64,000 nt of DNA from Phoronis australis (Eukaryota; Animalia; Phoronida), in contig NMRA01000219.1 in NCBI GenBank assembly GCA_002633005.1, forward strand, positions 287,990 to 351,989. The letters run 5' to 3'. The notes beneath the pieces were generated by a model that was given only the letters and a program-made list of their open reading frames with translations, searched no databases and was not told the origin of the DNA. The stretch's first letter is position 1; each line of letters opens with the position of its first letter. Position numbers and translations under genes: made by a program. Positions 52,402-63,115 of the stretch are shown here, piece after piece.

Positions 52402-53297
52402 TCACATCTCCATTTTTGGTGGATTCGGGACATCAAATATTGTTGGCACTGCATTCCATACCAGCTTGTGCTTCATAGAATTCCTGAACATGGAATCTTC
52501 GAAGTGACGAGAGCATAAGTAGGCTGCATCTCTATTCATAAAGTCGGCTCCCAGCGCTTGCACCTTAACAGAAATCAATGAGAGACTCGGGAACAAATCG
52601 CATACTCACCAGGTTCGTAGAAGACTGGTAGCCTACACTACACTACAAAAGTCCTGTCGTACCGTGCTTTTGATAGCGACAAAACTGTCTTGTGTTAACT
52701 AAAAAAAAACTAGGACTCAAATGTCGATCCACGGATATTTTAAGGGCCGCGTCTCCACATCATTGGCGCATAGAATGAAGCTTTTATTGACATACTGCTT
52801 AACTTGGCCCACTGAAACATTAAAATTATGTCGATTTTTTCATCTTTTCAACGAGACCCACAAAATCTCTAACTTGACTAATGACAGACTTGAGGCCGCC
52901 CTGTGGCTGTGATTGCGGCCATGTCACCAGTCAGTCACTCATAGCCATGGTTATGCTTTCCAAAAATTATCCGTGCGATCGTTCGGTGACATTTTGATTT
53001 GGAACACATGGACTGCAAAGTATCCAAAAACCTGACGATCACATCGTTAATCGTTGTCCTTCCGCCGGCAGCTCTGTTGTGCAGTAGGCCTAGTCTGCAA
53101 TGTAGACAACAGTGGCACAGGGACTGCGATCAACTTGTCTTCCAACCGTGAACAAAACATACAAAACGAAAGACAATATGAATAACCGATAATCCTTACC
53201 TTTCTGGATCCTTAGGAAACCTAAAAAATGACACGTCTGGGGTTTTCGTGGATGAATTAGTGTAGTTTATCGCACTGTAAAATGTGCCCTTCCCCAT
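52402..53297 (-). pseudogene. Decayed two-exon THAP zinc-finger coding sequence (DNA transposon derived)
   Basis: Exon 53297-53200 MGKGTFYSAINYTNSSTKTPDVSFFRFPKDPE-ag|gtaagg; exon from 52563 (R)CKRW, frameshift, LCSRHFEDSMF..LVWNAVPTIFDVPNPP. Confidence 0.78.
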
Positions 53298-53735
53298 TGC
53301 TTTGGCGCTAAAATGAAAATCGAATTAGACCGTTCACTTTCGTAAAATTGGTCTCTTACCGTGATAATATTATATTTCCGTAATCAACTAAGGTCAGTGG
53401 AAATGCGTGCATGTGCCATTTTTGTAATCAGATTGGATAATCCCAATAAACTTCTGAAACATTTTCTTGAATCTTTGATGATAGTTTTTGTTGGTAATAG
53501 AAATAGAATGTTGTCAAGGAAAGATGAGACTGGGAGTGAAGGGCCTAATTTATTTTTATTTTTAGCCAGCTAAACAAAGGGAAATGCAGCTCTTAAAATC
53601 TGGTATCTTTGGCTACACTTGTATGTAAGCTCCTGTTCTCTATAACAGCAATCACACACTTGGTGATGCACGCTCCTTCAAAAGCCACGTTTTAAAAGTA
53701 GTCTATATTAACACACAGTATCTGATCTTTTCCAG

Positions 53736-53783
53736 GACTGGAAATACCGTGGAAGAGGACGTGAAAAAGGCTTCTTGTACGAG
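53736..53783 (+). CDS. SAMHD1: SAMHD1 exon 7
   Basis: ttttccag|DWKYRGRGREKGFLYE|gtacgt, 48 nt. Confidence 0.94.
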
Positions 53784-54594
53784 GTACGTAGTGACAGCCT
53801 TACTGTTGTGTTAATGATTGTACATGGTAATCTAAAGCATTTCACAAAGTTTTGCTGCCTGAAAATTAAAATTGAATTAGACCTTTTACTCTCCTGAAAT
53901 TAGTCTCATATCAGCATTTACTGTGATAGGTTCTCTGTCAGTTTCAATAAGAACATCAAAACCATCAGTGACAGAAGAAAAGGCTTTAGACTTTATTGAG
54001 ATTGTCAACCCTAGAATTGGCGGTTTTGAAAATGGCATTTATGAGTACTAGGTAACGGAAATGAAATTATATCGCAGAGATCAATCTAGTTCAATTTAAT
54101 TTTCATTTTTGGTCAGTTTAACAGGGACAAATCGTTTTCGCTTTCACTTGTGTTCAGGCTGTTTGTCCTCACCCAACCATCATTTGTTGACAAAAAGGCA
54201 AAATTGTTATTTTCCACTTTTCATTTTCTAGTCAAGCTCCATCTGTTGTAAAGCAAATTAACACACGAAGTATTAACTGCAAGTGATCATTTTGTTTTAT
54301 TAGTTTAGGCAGCTTTGAAGCGTCCTTACACTTCAAGAGGAAAGAAGAATTCCGATCAATAAGCATTTCAACATTCTTGAATTAGAAGGCAGTTGGAAAT
54401 GACACATTTTGTACCATCTTAAAATGGCAATAATTTTGAAGAGTTCCAAAGGAACAATTTGGAATGTAGTCTAAATTAAAAGAACTTTTTTACAGCTAAA
54501 GGGGTAACTACCTTCTTTGAGGCTCAGGTGACACGCTTATTCTCGTAACAAAGCGTTTTTTTTCTTGTAAGTGCCTTTGTTCTTTTTGTATAAG

Positions 54595-54759
54595 GTGGTG
54601 GCTAACAAGAGAAATGGTATTGATGTGGACAAGTGGGACTACTTCGCCCGTGACTGCCATCATTTGGGATTTAAGAACACTACTGACCACTACCGCTTCA
54701 TTAAATATGCGCGAGTGATCGAGGCCGACGGTCAACTACAGATATGCTGTCGTGATAAG
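54595..54759 (+). CDS. SAMHD1: SAMHD1 exon 8 (DVDKWDY catalytic Asp)
   Basis: taag|[55 protein letters not shown]|gtttgc, 165 nt. Confidence 0.96.
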
Positions 54760-55123
54760 GTTTGCTCGCTATTATTATTATTGGGAAACTCAATAATTAT
54801 AATTGATGAAAACAATGATAAGGTAGACTTGTATGGATGCAATAGGTGTTGGCAAGATTTAGATGTTGCTAACTTGCGTCGCAAGGTCTTGATTATTTGA
54901 TTGTGTTTCTGTCTTTAGGAGGTCAGTCTGCCCTATACCCGTGAACAAGTCAGAGTCCTGATCTGCATATTATTATTTTAATGTGCATTCAGCGAGACAC
55001 TCTCTCAGTCTCTGAATTCATCTCGTGCAATCTTCGGTTATGCTAAGAAAACATGACATGTCATAGATAAGAGCGAGTCACATTTTACCCACCCAATTTT
55101 TTTGTTCCTTGATCTTTCCATAG

Positions 55124-55215
55124 GAGGCACAAGATGTCTATGACATGTTTTGGACGCGTCATGTGCTCCATCGTAGAGCCTGTCAACACAAAGTAACTAA
55201 GGTTATTGAAAACAT
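55124..55215 (+). CDS. SAMHD1: SAMHD1 exon 9
   Basis: ccatag|EAQDVYDMFWTRHVLHRRACQHKVTKVIEN-at|gtgagt, 92 nt. Confidence 0.95.
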
Positions 55216-55375
55216 GTGAGTATTAAGAGAGATGAGATTTTCTCTAAATTGGAGGTTTTGCAGTTTTGCACACCATGCTTTCTTGTGGATCAGCAAGTGT
55301 GTAACTTTTCTACAAGTCCCTAGTGAAGTGCTTGCTAATATAACAGAAAAAGGTCGAAGTTTCTACATTGGTGAT

Positions 55376-56059
55376 TGTCAGGAATTGACTGAATCCATTC
55401 GTAGTTTAGTTCTTTTACTCTTTTGTTCTGTTAGCAGATGGCACTTGATTGACATGGCCCATGAGGTTAGGACCATGACAGTGATGAAATAATTTGTTTA
55501 CAGTAGTGTGGCAGGAAACATTCTGGACGATTCTTGCATGTAAGTGATTAATGTAGTTTGGAACATTCTAGGGCCTAGTATATGGCTGTAGAATGATTGG
55601 GTAGATTCCAGAAAGTTCTAGAATTTGCTTGAATTGGTGTGAAGTTCCAGAACATTGTAAGATCAATACCCAGGCACGGGTTAGTTGAAAGTCAGTTGAT
55701 ATTCAATTAGTCAGTAACAAGAGAGTTACAGTTGAGTTGCAGTAAAGAGAATCAGCAGAAAAAGCGTTATTCAATAGAGCCAGCCAGCTATAGAGACACT
55801 GAGAGAGAGCAGGTTATTGAATCAGCAGTTAAGGTGGAAGTGTCTCAGAAGTTAAATTACAAGTCAAGGTTTCACAGCTCTAACTGGAGCATGGAACAGG
55901 CATTACGTGGGACGGTTTTGAGCAGGCTTGTGAAAGCACGGTTTAGATTAATAAAGCCATTGCCTCGAACCAGTCTTCAGCCTATAGTAGCACCGAAAGC
56001 TGTTAACACCAGTGGACAACAACCTGCGCCCAACCACGTACACAGGCCAAAACGTGACA
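55376..56059 (+). mobile_element. Solo LTR (684 bp)
   Basis: TGTCA..TGACA ends; flanks gtgat/gtaat; internal AATAAA near 55950; repeated cagtt and ttctaga motifs. Confidence 0.75.
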
Positions 56060-56300
56060 GTAATCTGATATTCCTCGCCCTGCTGCTGAAGATGATATGG
56101 AAAGCCTCTGCTGGAAAGCAGTCTGACTCAACAGACAGCCCTCACCAAATGTATTTGATAAATAAATCGAGCAAGTAATCTCTGGGTACACTTGATATTT
56201 AGCAATCTGTTAACACTTTTTGACGTTTTAAATAAAAATATGTCACACAGTGAATGTAATCGCAGAAGTATTTTCATCGTTCAGAAATTAGTGATTTTAA

Positions 56301-59295
56301 AGGACAATGCCACCCAAAAAACAACCTAATTTGCATCGATTTAGATCGAGTAGTTCTACTCCATAACGACACGTACGGTTGCGTTACCTGACACCTGACG
56401 GAAGACGGAGGTGTTGAAATTTTCCAATGACGTCATCGGTTTCACACGCAGTCTGTTCAACAGTTCACAACACGGGTTACTGGTGTCAGCTTATCGCTTG
56501 AAGTCATCATTTAACACCAATAAATCATCAAACTTCGATGTAAAACCCTTCAAAATACACCGAGTTCTTATAAAAACGTGTTGTTACTCTGCGCGTGTAA
56601 GCACAGAGTAATGTTGTTCCTGGATTTTCTTCAATTTTATTACTCTGCGCGTGTAAGCGCAGAGTACTGTTGTTCCTGGGTTTTCTTCAATTTTATTCTT
56701 ATTCTTCGTATTCCTATTCTTATTCTTATTCTTATTCTTCTTCCGACCAAATTTGACGCTTAATAACTCCAAAATGGTTGCAGGTATGTTCTTCAAATTT
56801 AAAATATGATGTTAGGCAGTAAATAAATTTCGATTCATTTTATATTCATATTCCATAATGCACCGGAAGAGGTCGTTTGGTGCTGAGGTCATATAATTTT
56901 CAAAATGCTACTCCTCCTTCAGTTTAAAAGCTATCTTTTTCAAATTCAATGCACAGGTATAGGTCAACATGACAATTTAAAAAAATACTTTTCTAAGTAA
57001 TCAGGTCATCCAATCAGGTGAAATAGGTCAAAGGTCATTAGGTGCAAACTAAAATTTTGAGCTAGACACTTCAAATTCACAGGTCTGATTGCCACAGGTA
57101 AATCAAATCGGAATCTAAAGTTTCAGGTCATTTAGTGCAAACATGGGGTCATTAGGTGCATTTTTCTTCTGAAAATTTGACCTTTTCAATCAACGAGTAT
57201 TCTGATGTGTCAACCGTTGGACAACTGTGATTCTCATTGTAACCACATTTTTCATGGGCTTTGCAATAATTATCCTAAAGATGCTTAAAATGCACCGGAT
57301 AAGGTCAATTAGTGCAAAGGTCATGTAACGTTCAAAATGTTATATCTCTTACGTTTTTCAAGGAATTCTTTTCAATTTCAGCACGCTGGTTAAGTCAACA
57401 TGCCAATTGAATACCCTACTTTACTTCGCAATAGGCCTAACCAATCAGAAAAAATAGGTCAAAGGTCATTGAGTGTAAACTAAAATTTTGAGCTAGAGAC
57501 TTCAGAATTACTTATCTGTTTACTAAGTGCGATTGAGTTTGACTTCTAAATTTTCAGGTCATTTTGTGCACCCATGGGTCATTAGGTGCATTTTTCTTCT
57601 GAAAGTTTGACCACTTCATTCATCTTGTATTCTGAAGTGCTTAAAGTAAAACATCTGTGATTATTAGCATTAACCACACTTTTAATCGAGTTAGCAATTA
57701 CTAAATCATCGGGGCTCATAATGCACCGGAAGAGGTCAATTAGTGGAAAGGTTATCAAAAAATTAATATGTAATTTCTCATACAATTTTAAAGAATTACT
57801 TTTCATATTGGTAAACGGGTTGCTGTCAGTAACTTCCCATAATAATTCCAGTAATACGCTCGCGCAGAGTCCGTTATTGTCACGCCGTGACAATAATCTT
57901 TCTAGTTTTATTTCGCTCTTACGGGTTTATTGGTATTTGGACACATCGTAGCCTACAAAGTTCGGCAGGCCAATAAGGTCTGTAGCAGGAGTTTCGGGTC
58001 TGTTCGGAGGTAATTTCGAAGTACTTTCCGTGAGAGACAGGCAGGAGAACCTAGATTTGTGTCGTTTAGACTTCTGATTTTTTGAGTTCTAAACACAAAA
58101 CACTTGTTATCCTGGTCAGTGGCTCGGAGCCCGATCATGCCCGTCGCGGCCGGCCGGATTGACTCGTTATCCCGGCCAGTGGCTCAGAAACTGATCAGAC
58201 ATCACGAACTTAAACCAGCCAAAGTTCAGTGGAAACTAAACTTCCAGTCAAGAAAATATTATACTATAGTGTGCACGCGATTATGTTGGTGAATTAGCCA
58301 CGAAACTGCAAATCTAATTATTCGTCGGGGGCCGCGCGAACTTCAGGCTCCGCTTTGGCCACAGCACCGTTAGGGCAGAAGTTGTACATTGATAATCATT
58401 ATTTGAGTAATGTAAATGTAAATAAAGATTCCCCTAACACTTGGTCGTGGGATGGAAATCGAGTTGTTTCACAACAGTTTCTGCCAGCAAACACTAAATT
58501 AGCATGAGTTCACACGGCCTCGGTGTCCCGTCAATTAGTTTTATTGCACCTAAAGCCGGTAACGCAGTGATTTATTCATTGCTGGCTTCTCAAATCATTT
58601 GCACTCACGAACACTCCAAAGGCATTACAAACTGCATCTAATGAGACAGACTTTGTTTCAGTTTTATATTAGGATTGGTTAGGGTGACAATAATTCATTT
58701 TGAAACAGAACGTTCAGTAATAAACGCCAACATGGCAACTCGCAATCCCGACTTAGGACGAGCTAGAGCTCATCAGTCCCGACTTCGCAGGTGGATCGTT
58801 AAGTTTTACAGGCTATCAATTCGAACAGGAATACAGTGATGAAGAAATACTAGAGAGGCGCCGAGAACAAGCTCAGACAACGGAACGTATGGAGTTATTT
58901 GGTAAGCCGGCATTCGCCAGTTGGGCACTGTCGACGTCTGCAGGCCACAGACACGGAGATTTTTCACGGCCTCATACTTCCTATTTACTGCGTGCATTCC
59001 ATTCTTCACTACCATGAGCCACTTCCTAAGCATTTCGGACTCTCGAGGAAGTAAAAAAACGATATACCCGCTTTCTTCGCAGCTGCTTAGTTCGGACAAG
59101 CGGGAACGATGCACTGCAACATAGCGGCATTCTCTCTGCATATGAATCACTGACGTCCGTAGCGTCGTTTCTCACCTTCCTCACAAGTTAACGCGACACC
59201 TCTTGGTAAGGTAAGATCGGCCGTGTGCGAGGCGATGTGGATATAGACCGATTAAGACAGCAAAAAAGTCTAATTAAATCGGGTGGCATTCTCCT
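56301..59295. mobile_element. Kolobok-type DNA transposon, internally deleted
   Basis: TTAA|aggacaatgccaccc ... gggtggcattctcct|TTAA; plus-strand GYQFEQEYSDEE remnant and minus-strand THAP-like remnant (VFLLP..RKWL..LRVCG). Confidence 0.78.
56581..57907 (+). mobile_element. Non-autonomous Helentron/DINE-1-like element nested in the Kolobok
   Basis: 5' subTIR ctctgcgcg (duplicated head), (TTATTC)n microsatellite, ~431-bp tandem units (atgcaccgga at 56858, 57290, 57721), 3' subTIR cgcgcagag, hairpin ttattgtcacg-c-cgtgacaataa, ctagtttt. Confidence 0.82.
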
Positions 59296-59954
59296 TTAAG
59301 TATGCTTCAGGTCTGCCTGCTCACGTGATGTTAACTTTTGACCTCTGCGTAAAATTGCGTGAGTTGATAGCTTGCTGCTAGTTTTTATGTTGTTTTCTTA
59401 GCTTAGATGAGAATCCAACAAATACCTTAAGATGTTTCCTGTCACTGAAATTTCATGACCATATTTCCCACAGTAGTTAAACTTACTGACTTTTGTTCAG
59501 CCTGACTTTAAAGTGGCCATAGTGGAATGAATCATGTGAATACTAGCCGTTATCCGTGCTTTCGCGCTGGTAGCAAGTAGTATATGGGAAATGCCGAGAG
59601 AAAATAGCTACACCTTCAAGTGAATATTAGTGTTCATGGCAAGAGGCAGGAATATTTCTTGAAGAGACCGTTTTATTTTAAAGCTTTAATCAGAACTTCT
59701 GTCACTTCTGTCAGATTTAGGCAGGATGTGCGGTTGGGGCCGGGATTCGTTTGTCCCCAGGAAGTACATTTTTTCCAGAACATTTAACCCTGCCAGTATT
59801 CAAATCTTAATACAACATAGTGTCTCAGTTTGTTTTATGCCATAGTTGGTCATGAAACTGAAAACTCCTCATTTGAATGCACATTTTATGATACTGATAT
59901 CGATAACACTATATCATAATTGAAGAGATCTGAAGATATTCCATTGTGTTGCAG

Positions 59955-60011
59955 GATATCGGAAGCCTTTGTGAAAGCCAATGACTATGTGAAATTTCGT
60001 GGAGAAAAAGG
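59955..60011 (+). CDS. SAMHD1: SAMHD1 exon 10
   Basis: ttgcag|(M)ISEAFVKANDYVKFRGEK-gg|gtaatt, 57 nt. Confidence 0.93.
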
Positions 60012-60665
60012 GTAATTACTTCCCATCAGCTAATGCACGTCATTTCTTTACATCTGAAATATTTGCTGCACAACACCTTTAAAAAATAATTGTAGGCGGT
60101 CTGATACACTTGTACCAGACGTACGCAGAACGCGCAAGTACTAAACATTTGTGGATGTTGAAAAATTTGAACATTACAAAAACTGTGTATTGATAACCAC
60201 AGTTCCATACTCGTCTGTCTAGCTTCAACTTACTCCCAATCATCTTGAAAAACTGGACCATTACAAAAAATGGTTTTCATGCTTGTAAAACGCATGGAAA
60301 TATAGGTTAAAGTGGTAAGGAATATTTCATGAGATAAAAAAGGTTGCCGGACGAGCGTTGCTTTGGACGAGCGCAGACCACATAGGCTCATAGGCACAAA
60401 ACATCTGATTTGAAACTCGGAACCCTCTTGTGTGTGCGTATATATAATTATATAGTCATTGGGTTTACCTGAGAGAGATTGAAAAAGTCCGTAAATATGT
60501 AGGGTACATTCATTTGCTGCTGGTGCCTGGTACTTGAACTAAGTTGGTGTCCACTGATAACATCCACGATCACCACTGCTTGCGCTTGTCGCCGCACTTT
60601 ACCTTCAACTAGGTTTTCAGTCGGTGAAGCTCAGCTACTTCGTAGGTTCTTTTATTCGAAACTAG

Positions 60666-60858
60666 GGAAATGGTGTTGTCAAAGACAATCTACGACATGG
60701 TTGCCTATAGCAAGGTGACAGATCAAGTGTTTCATGCAATTCTGTTCTCTGAAAAACCCGAGTTGGAAAAATCCCGTTCAATTCTGCAACGAGTTGAGAC
60801 GAGGAATGTGTACAGGTGTGTCGGACAGACACAGCCAAACGAAACGACGATATCTAAG
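60666..60858 (+). CDS. SAMHD1: SAMHD1 exon 11
   Basis: actag|(G)EMVLSKTIYDMVAYSKVTDQVFHAILFSEKPELEKSRSILQRVETRNVYRCVGQTQPNETTISK|gtaggg, 193 nt. Confidence 0.94.
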
Positions 60859-61356
60859 GTAGGGATCAGTGTTGTTCAAATAGGGGGTGCTTGGATCTGT
60901 TAGAAGCTAACTTTTACTTCATTACTCTTAAGGAAGAGTCATTTTAAAATTGATGACGAGGTTGCTTTAGTTTGTGTTATAAATGCGCACTTGTCCCTTT
61001 AAAATATTAATAGACATTGTGTAATTAACAATCAATTTGTCATTAGTGGCCGTTTAAAGAGTGTATTACTTGAAAAACTTGACACATTCTTGTTTCTGGT
61101 GCTGTCCATTAAATGGTGTCTTGTTTGCTGACTGCCACACAATACATTGTATTTACAATTTTAACTGGGATAATTCATTAGTTGGTCAAGGCATCAAATA
61201 TAGGTCACGACTGAAAGAAAACCATTTTTGTCAAGAGTATGCAAGTATTGCGTGTTTTTACGCTACTGTGTTTAATATTTGTCCAAGAAACGAGTTATAA
61301 GCGATTTAGCGAACGATGTCATATTTTCCACACTGTGTGCTGTGAACAGAGTGCAG

Positions 61357-61758
61357 GGCCCAGTCTCTAATCTTTTTACTCGAAATGGATCTCGAAATTA
61401 TATTTGACATTTTCTCCTCCATTTTTGTGGGAACTCAAGGTAAGTGTCTATTATTCTATGCTCGAGTACACAAAGACTTACGTGGATAATTTATTAGTCC
61501 TAGTTTGCAGTTGATAAATCCAACGTCAAGGCTAAACGTTCGCGTTTGAACTCGAAATTTCGAGTTTTCCCTGGAGTTTGTAGCACGAATTTAATGGTCT
61601 TCAAGTGTAAAATTGGACAAGAAACTCATAGTCATAAACTATAATGTATTCGAGCACAGTCAGATAACCACTTATCTTGAGTTCTTACAAAAGGAGCAGA
61701 GAAATTGCCAAAAATAATTTCGATTTCTTTTCGAGTGCAAATATTAAGAAACGGGGCC
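61357..61758. mobile_element. Second, older copy of the 685-1085 Harbinger-like MITE
   Basis: Colinear along its length with 685-1085; CAG on both flanks (right boundary +/-1). Confidence 0.85.
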
Positions 61759-62098
61759 CAGATGTTTTGTTTCTTAACTCAAAACATCGTCAGTGGGAAA
61801 CTGTCTATCTAAAAAGTGAACACTGAAGAACGATCAAACACTAGAATGACAGTTACAAAATGAAAAGGGTGCAGGACAGAGAAAATGGGCATGTGTCTGT
61901 CATTCCAGTGCTGTTAATCTACAGTGTTTAACATTTAGGCGTGTTGCTACCTTAATTCAGTTAAGAAACGAAACGTTTCGACTTCGTATATATCCCATTA
62001 GTATTGGAACTTTATATGACGTCATTTATTAAAGCGCTTGTTATTTTCCTTGGGTGAACTTGGCCTAAGCCAGAAACATTAAAACTCATTCTATACAG

Positions 62099-62224
62099 GA
62101 TCAAGTACATAAAATGGAAGATGACATTGCGACTAGCATCAACAATGAAGACATTTCGGATGAGTTCGGCGATCTGATTGACGAGAAGGCAGTTCCATTA
62201 CAGCAAGACGACATTGTTGTCATT
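62099..62224 (+). CDS. SAMHD1: SAMHD1 exon 12 (acidic, expanded)
   Basis: ctatacag|DQVHKMEDDIATSINNEDISDEFGDLIDEKAVPLQQDDIVVI|gtaagt, 126 nt, phase 0-0; ends in L..DDIVV matching SAMHD1 L..EDFIV. Confidence 0.88.
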
Positions 62225-63010
62225 GTAAGTAGTGACTAGTGTAAGCCACGGTCTTGAGGTGTCAACCACAGAGACGCACATGTTTAAACATTTCATTTTT
62301 TCCCCTCCACTATCTCCCATCACTTTTGGCACCTTCTCCTTTTGCTCGTTTTTATTGCCCATCTTACCAGAGGTTATTATAATTTACATATTGTATCTTA
62401 TTTTCATACACATTCTTTGTATTTTCATTCTGTTCTAATAAACGATCTTATTTCACCAACCTCGATCTCCTTTTCATCCCTGGTAACGAGATGCACCTAT
62501 TTTACTCAAGACTTATTCTCAGCACAAAGAGATTTTTTCTGTGACTGTGAGGTTGCTGGAATTCTCAAGACGGGTGATGTCTGAGTCAATTCTCCCAAAA
62601 TTCTTCAACGTGTCCTGCAGTAGGCATTGACTACTCAACGGTCCAAGTGACAGTCAATTCATGTAACTATATAATTTGTTTTCAAAGTTCTATCTGGAAA
62701 CCAAAAACATCAAAGTAACAACGTGTGTCTTTATGGTAATTTTTGTTTGTTAATTTAAATATTTTGAGTTATGTCTTCACCGGTTGCAGTGTGGCTACAA
62801 AGTAGGTAAACTCTGCATGTAATAAGCCAGTGATACGTTTGATAACGTTTGCTTCATTAACTACTTCTTTCAGCCAACCATTTCTCAATTTCATAACTAA
62901 CTACGGTTCTAGTATGTTCTTGTTAAAATCAACAAGAGATATTTCTCTACATGTATCAATCGGATATCTCAATTTTTATATTTTTTTCTATATTCTGATT
63001 TTGTGAGCAG

Positions 63011-63115
63011 ATTGTAAATATGGACTATGGAATGAAAGGCAAAAACCCGGTGGAGAGCGTACGATTCTACAAGAAAAGTGATCCGAACAAAGCTGAACCG
63101 TTAAGCAAGAAAGAT
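63011..63115 (+). CDS. SAMHD1: SAMHD1 exon 13
   Basis: gagcag|IVNMDYGMKGKNPVESVRFYKKSDPNKAEPLSKKD|gtaagt, 105 nt. Confidence 0.95.

Larger units (their letters stand above)
8292..63115 (+). other. SAMHD1: SAMHD1-like gene span (13 coding exons in window, 3' end beyond window)
   Basis: Spliced exons give an uninterrupted 525-codon frame with NLS, SAM domain and HD-domain motifs ([38 protein letters not shown]); all introns GT-AG with matching phases. Confidence 0.96.
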
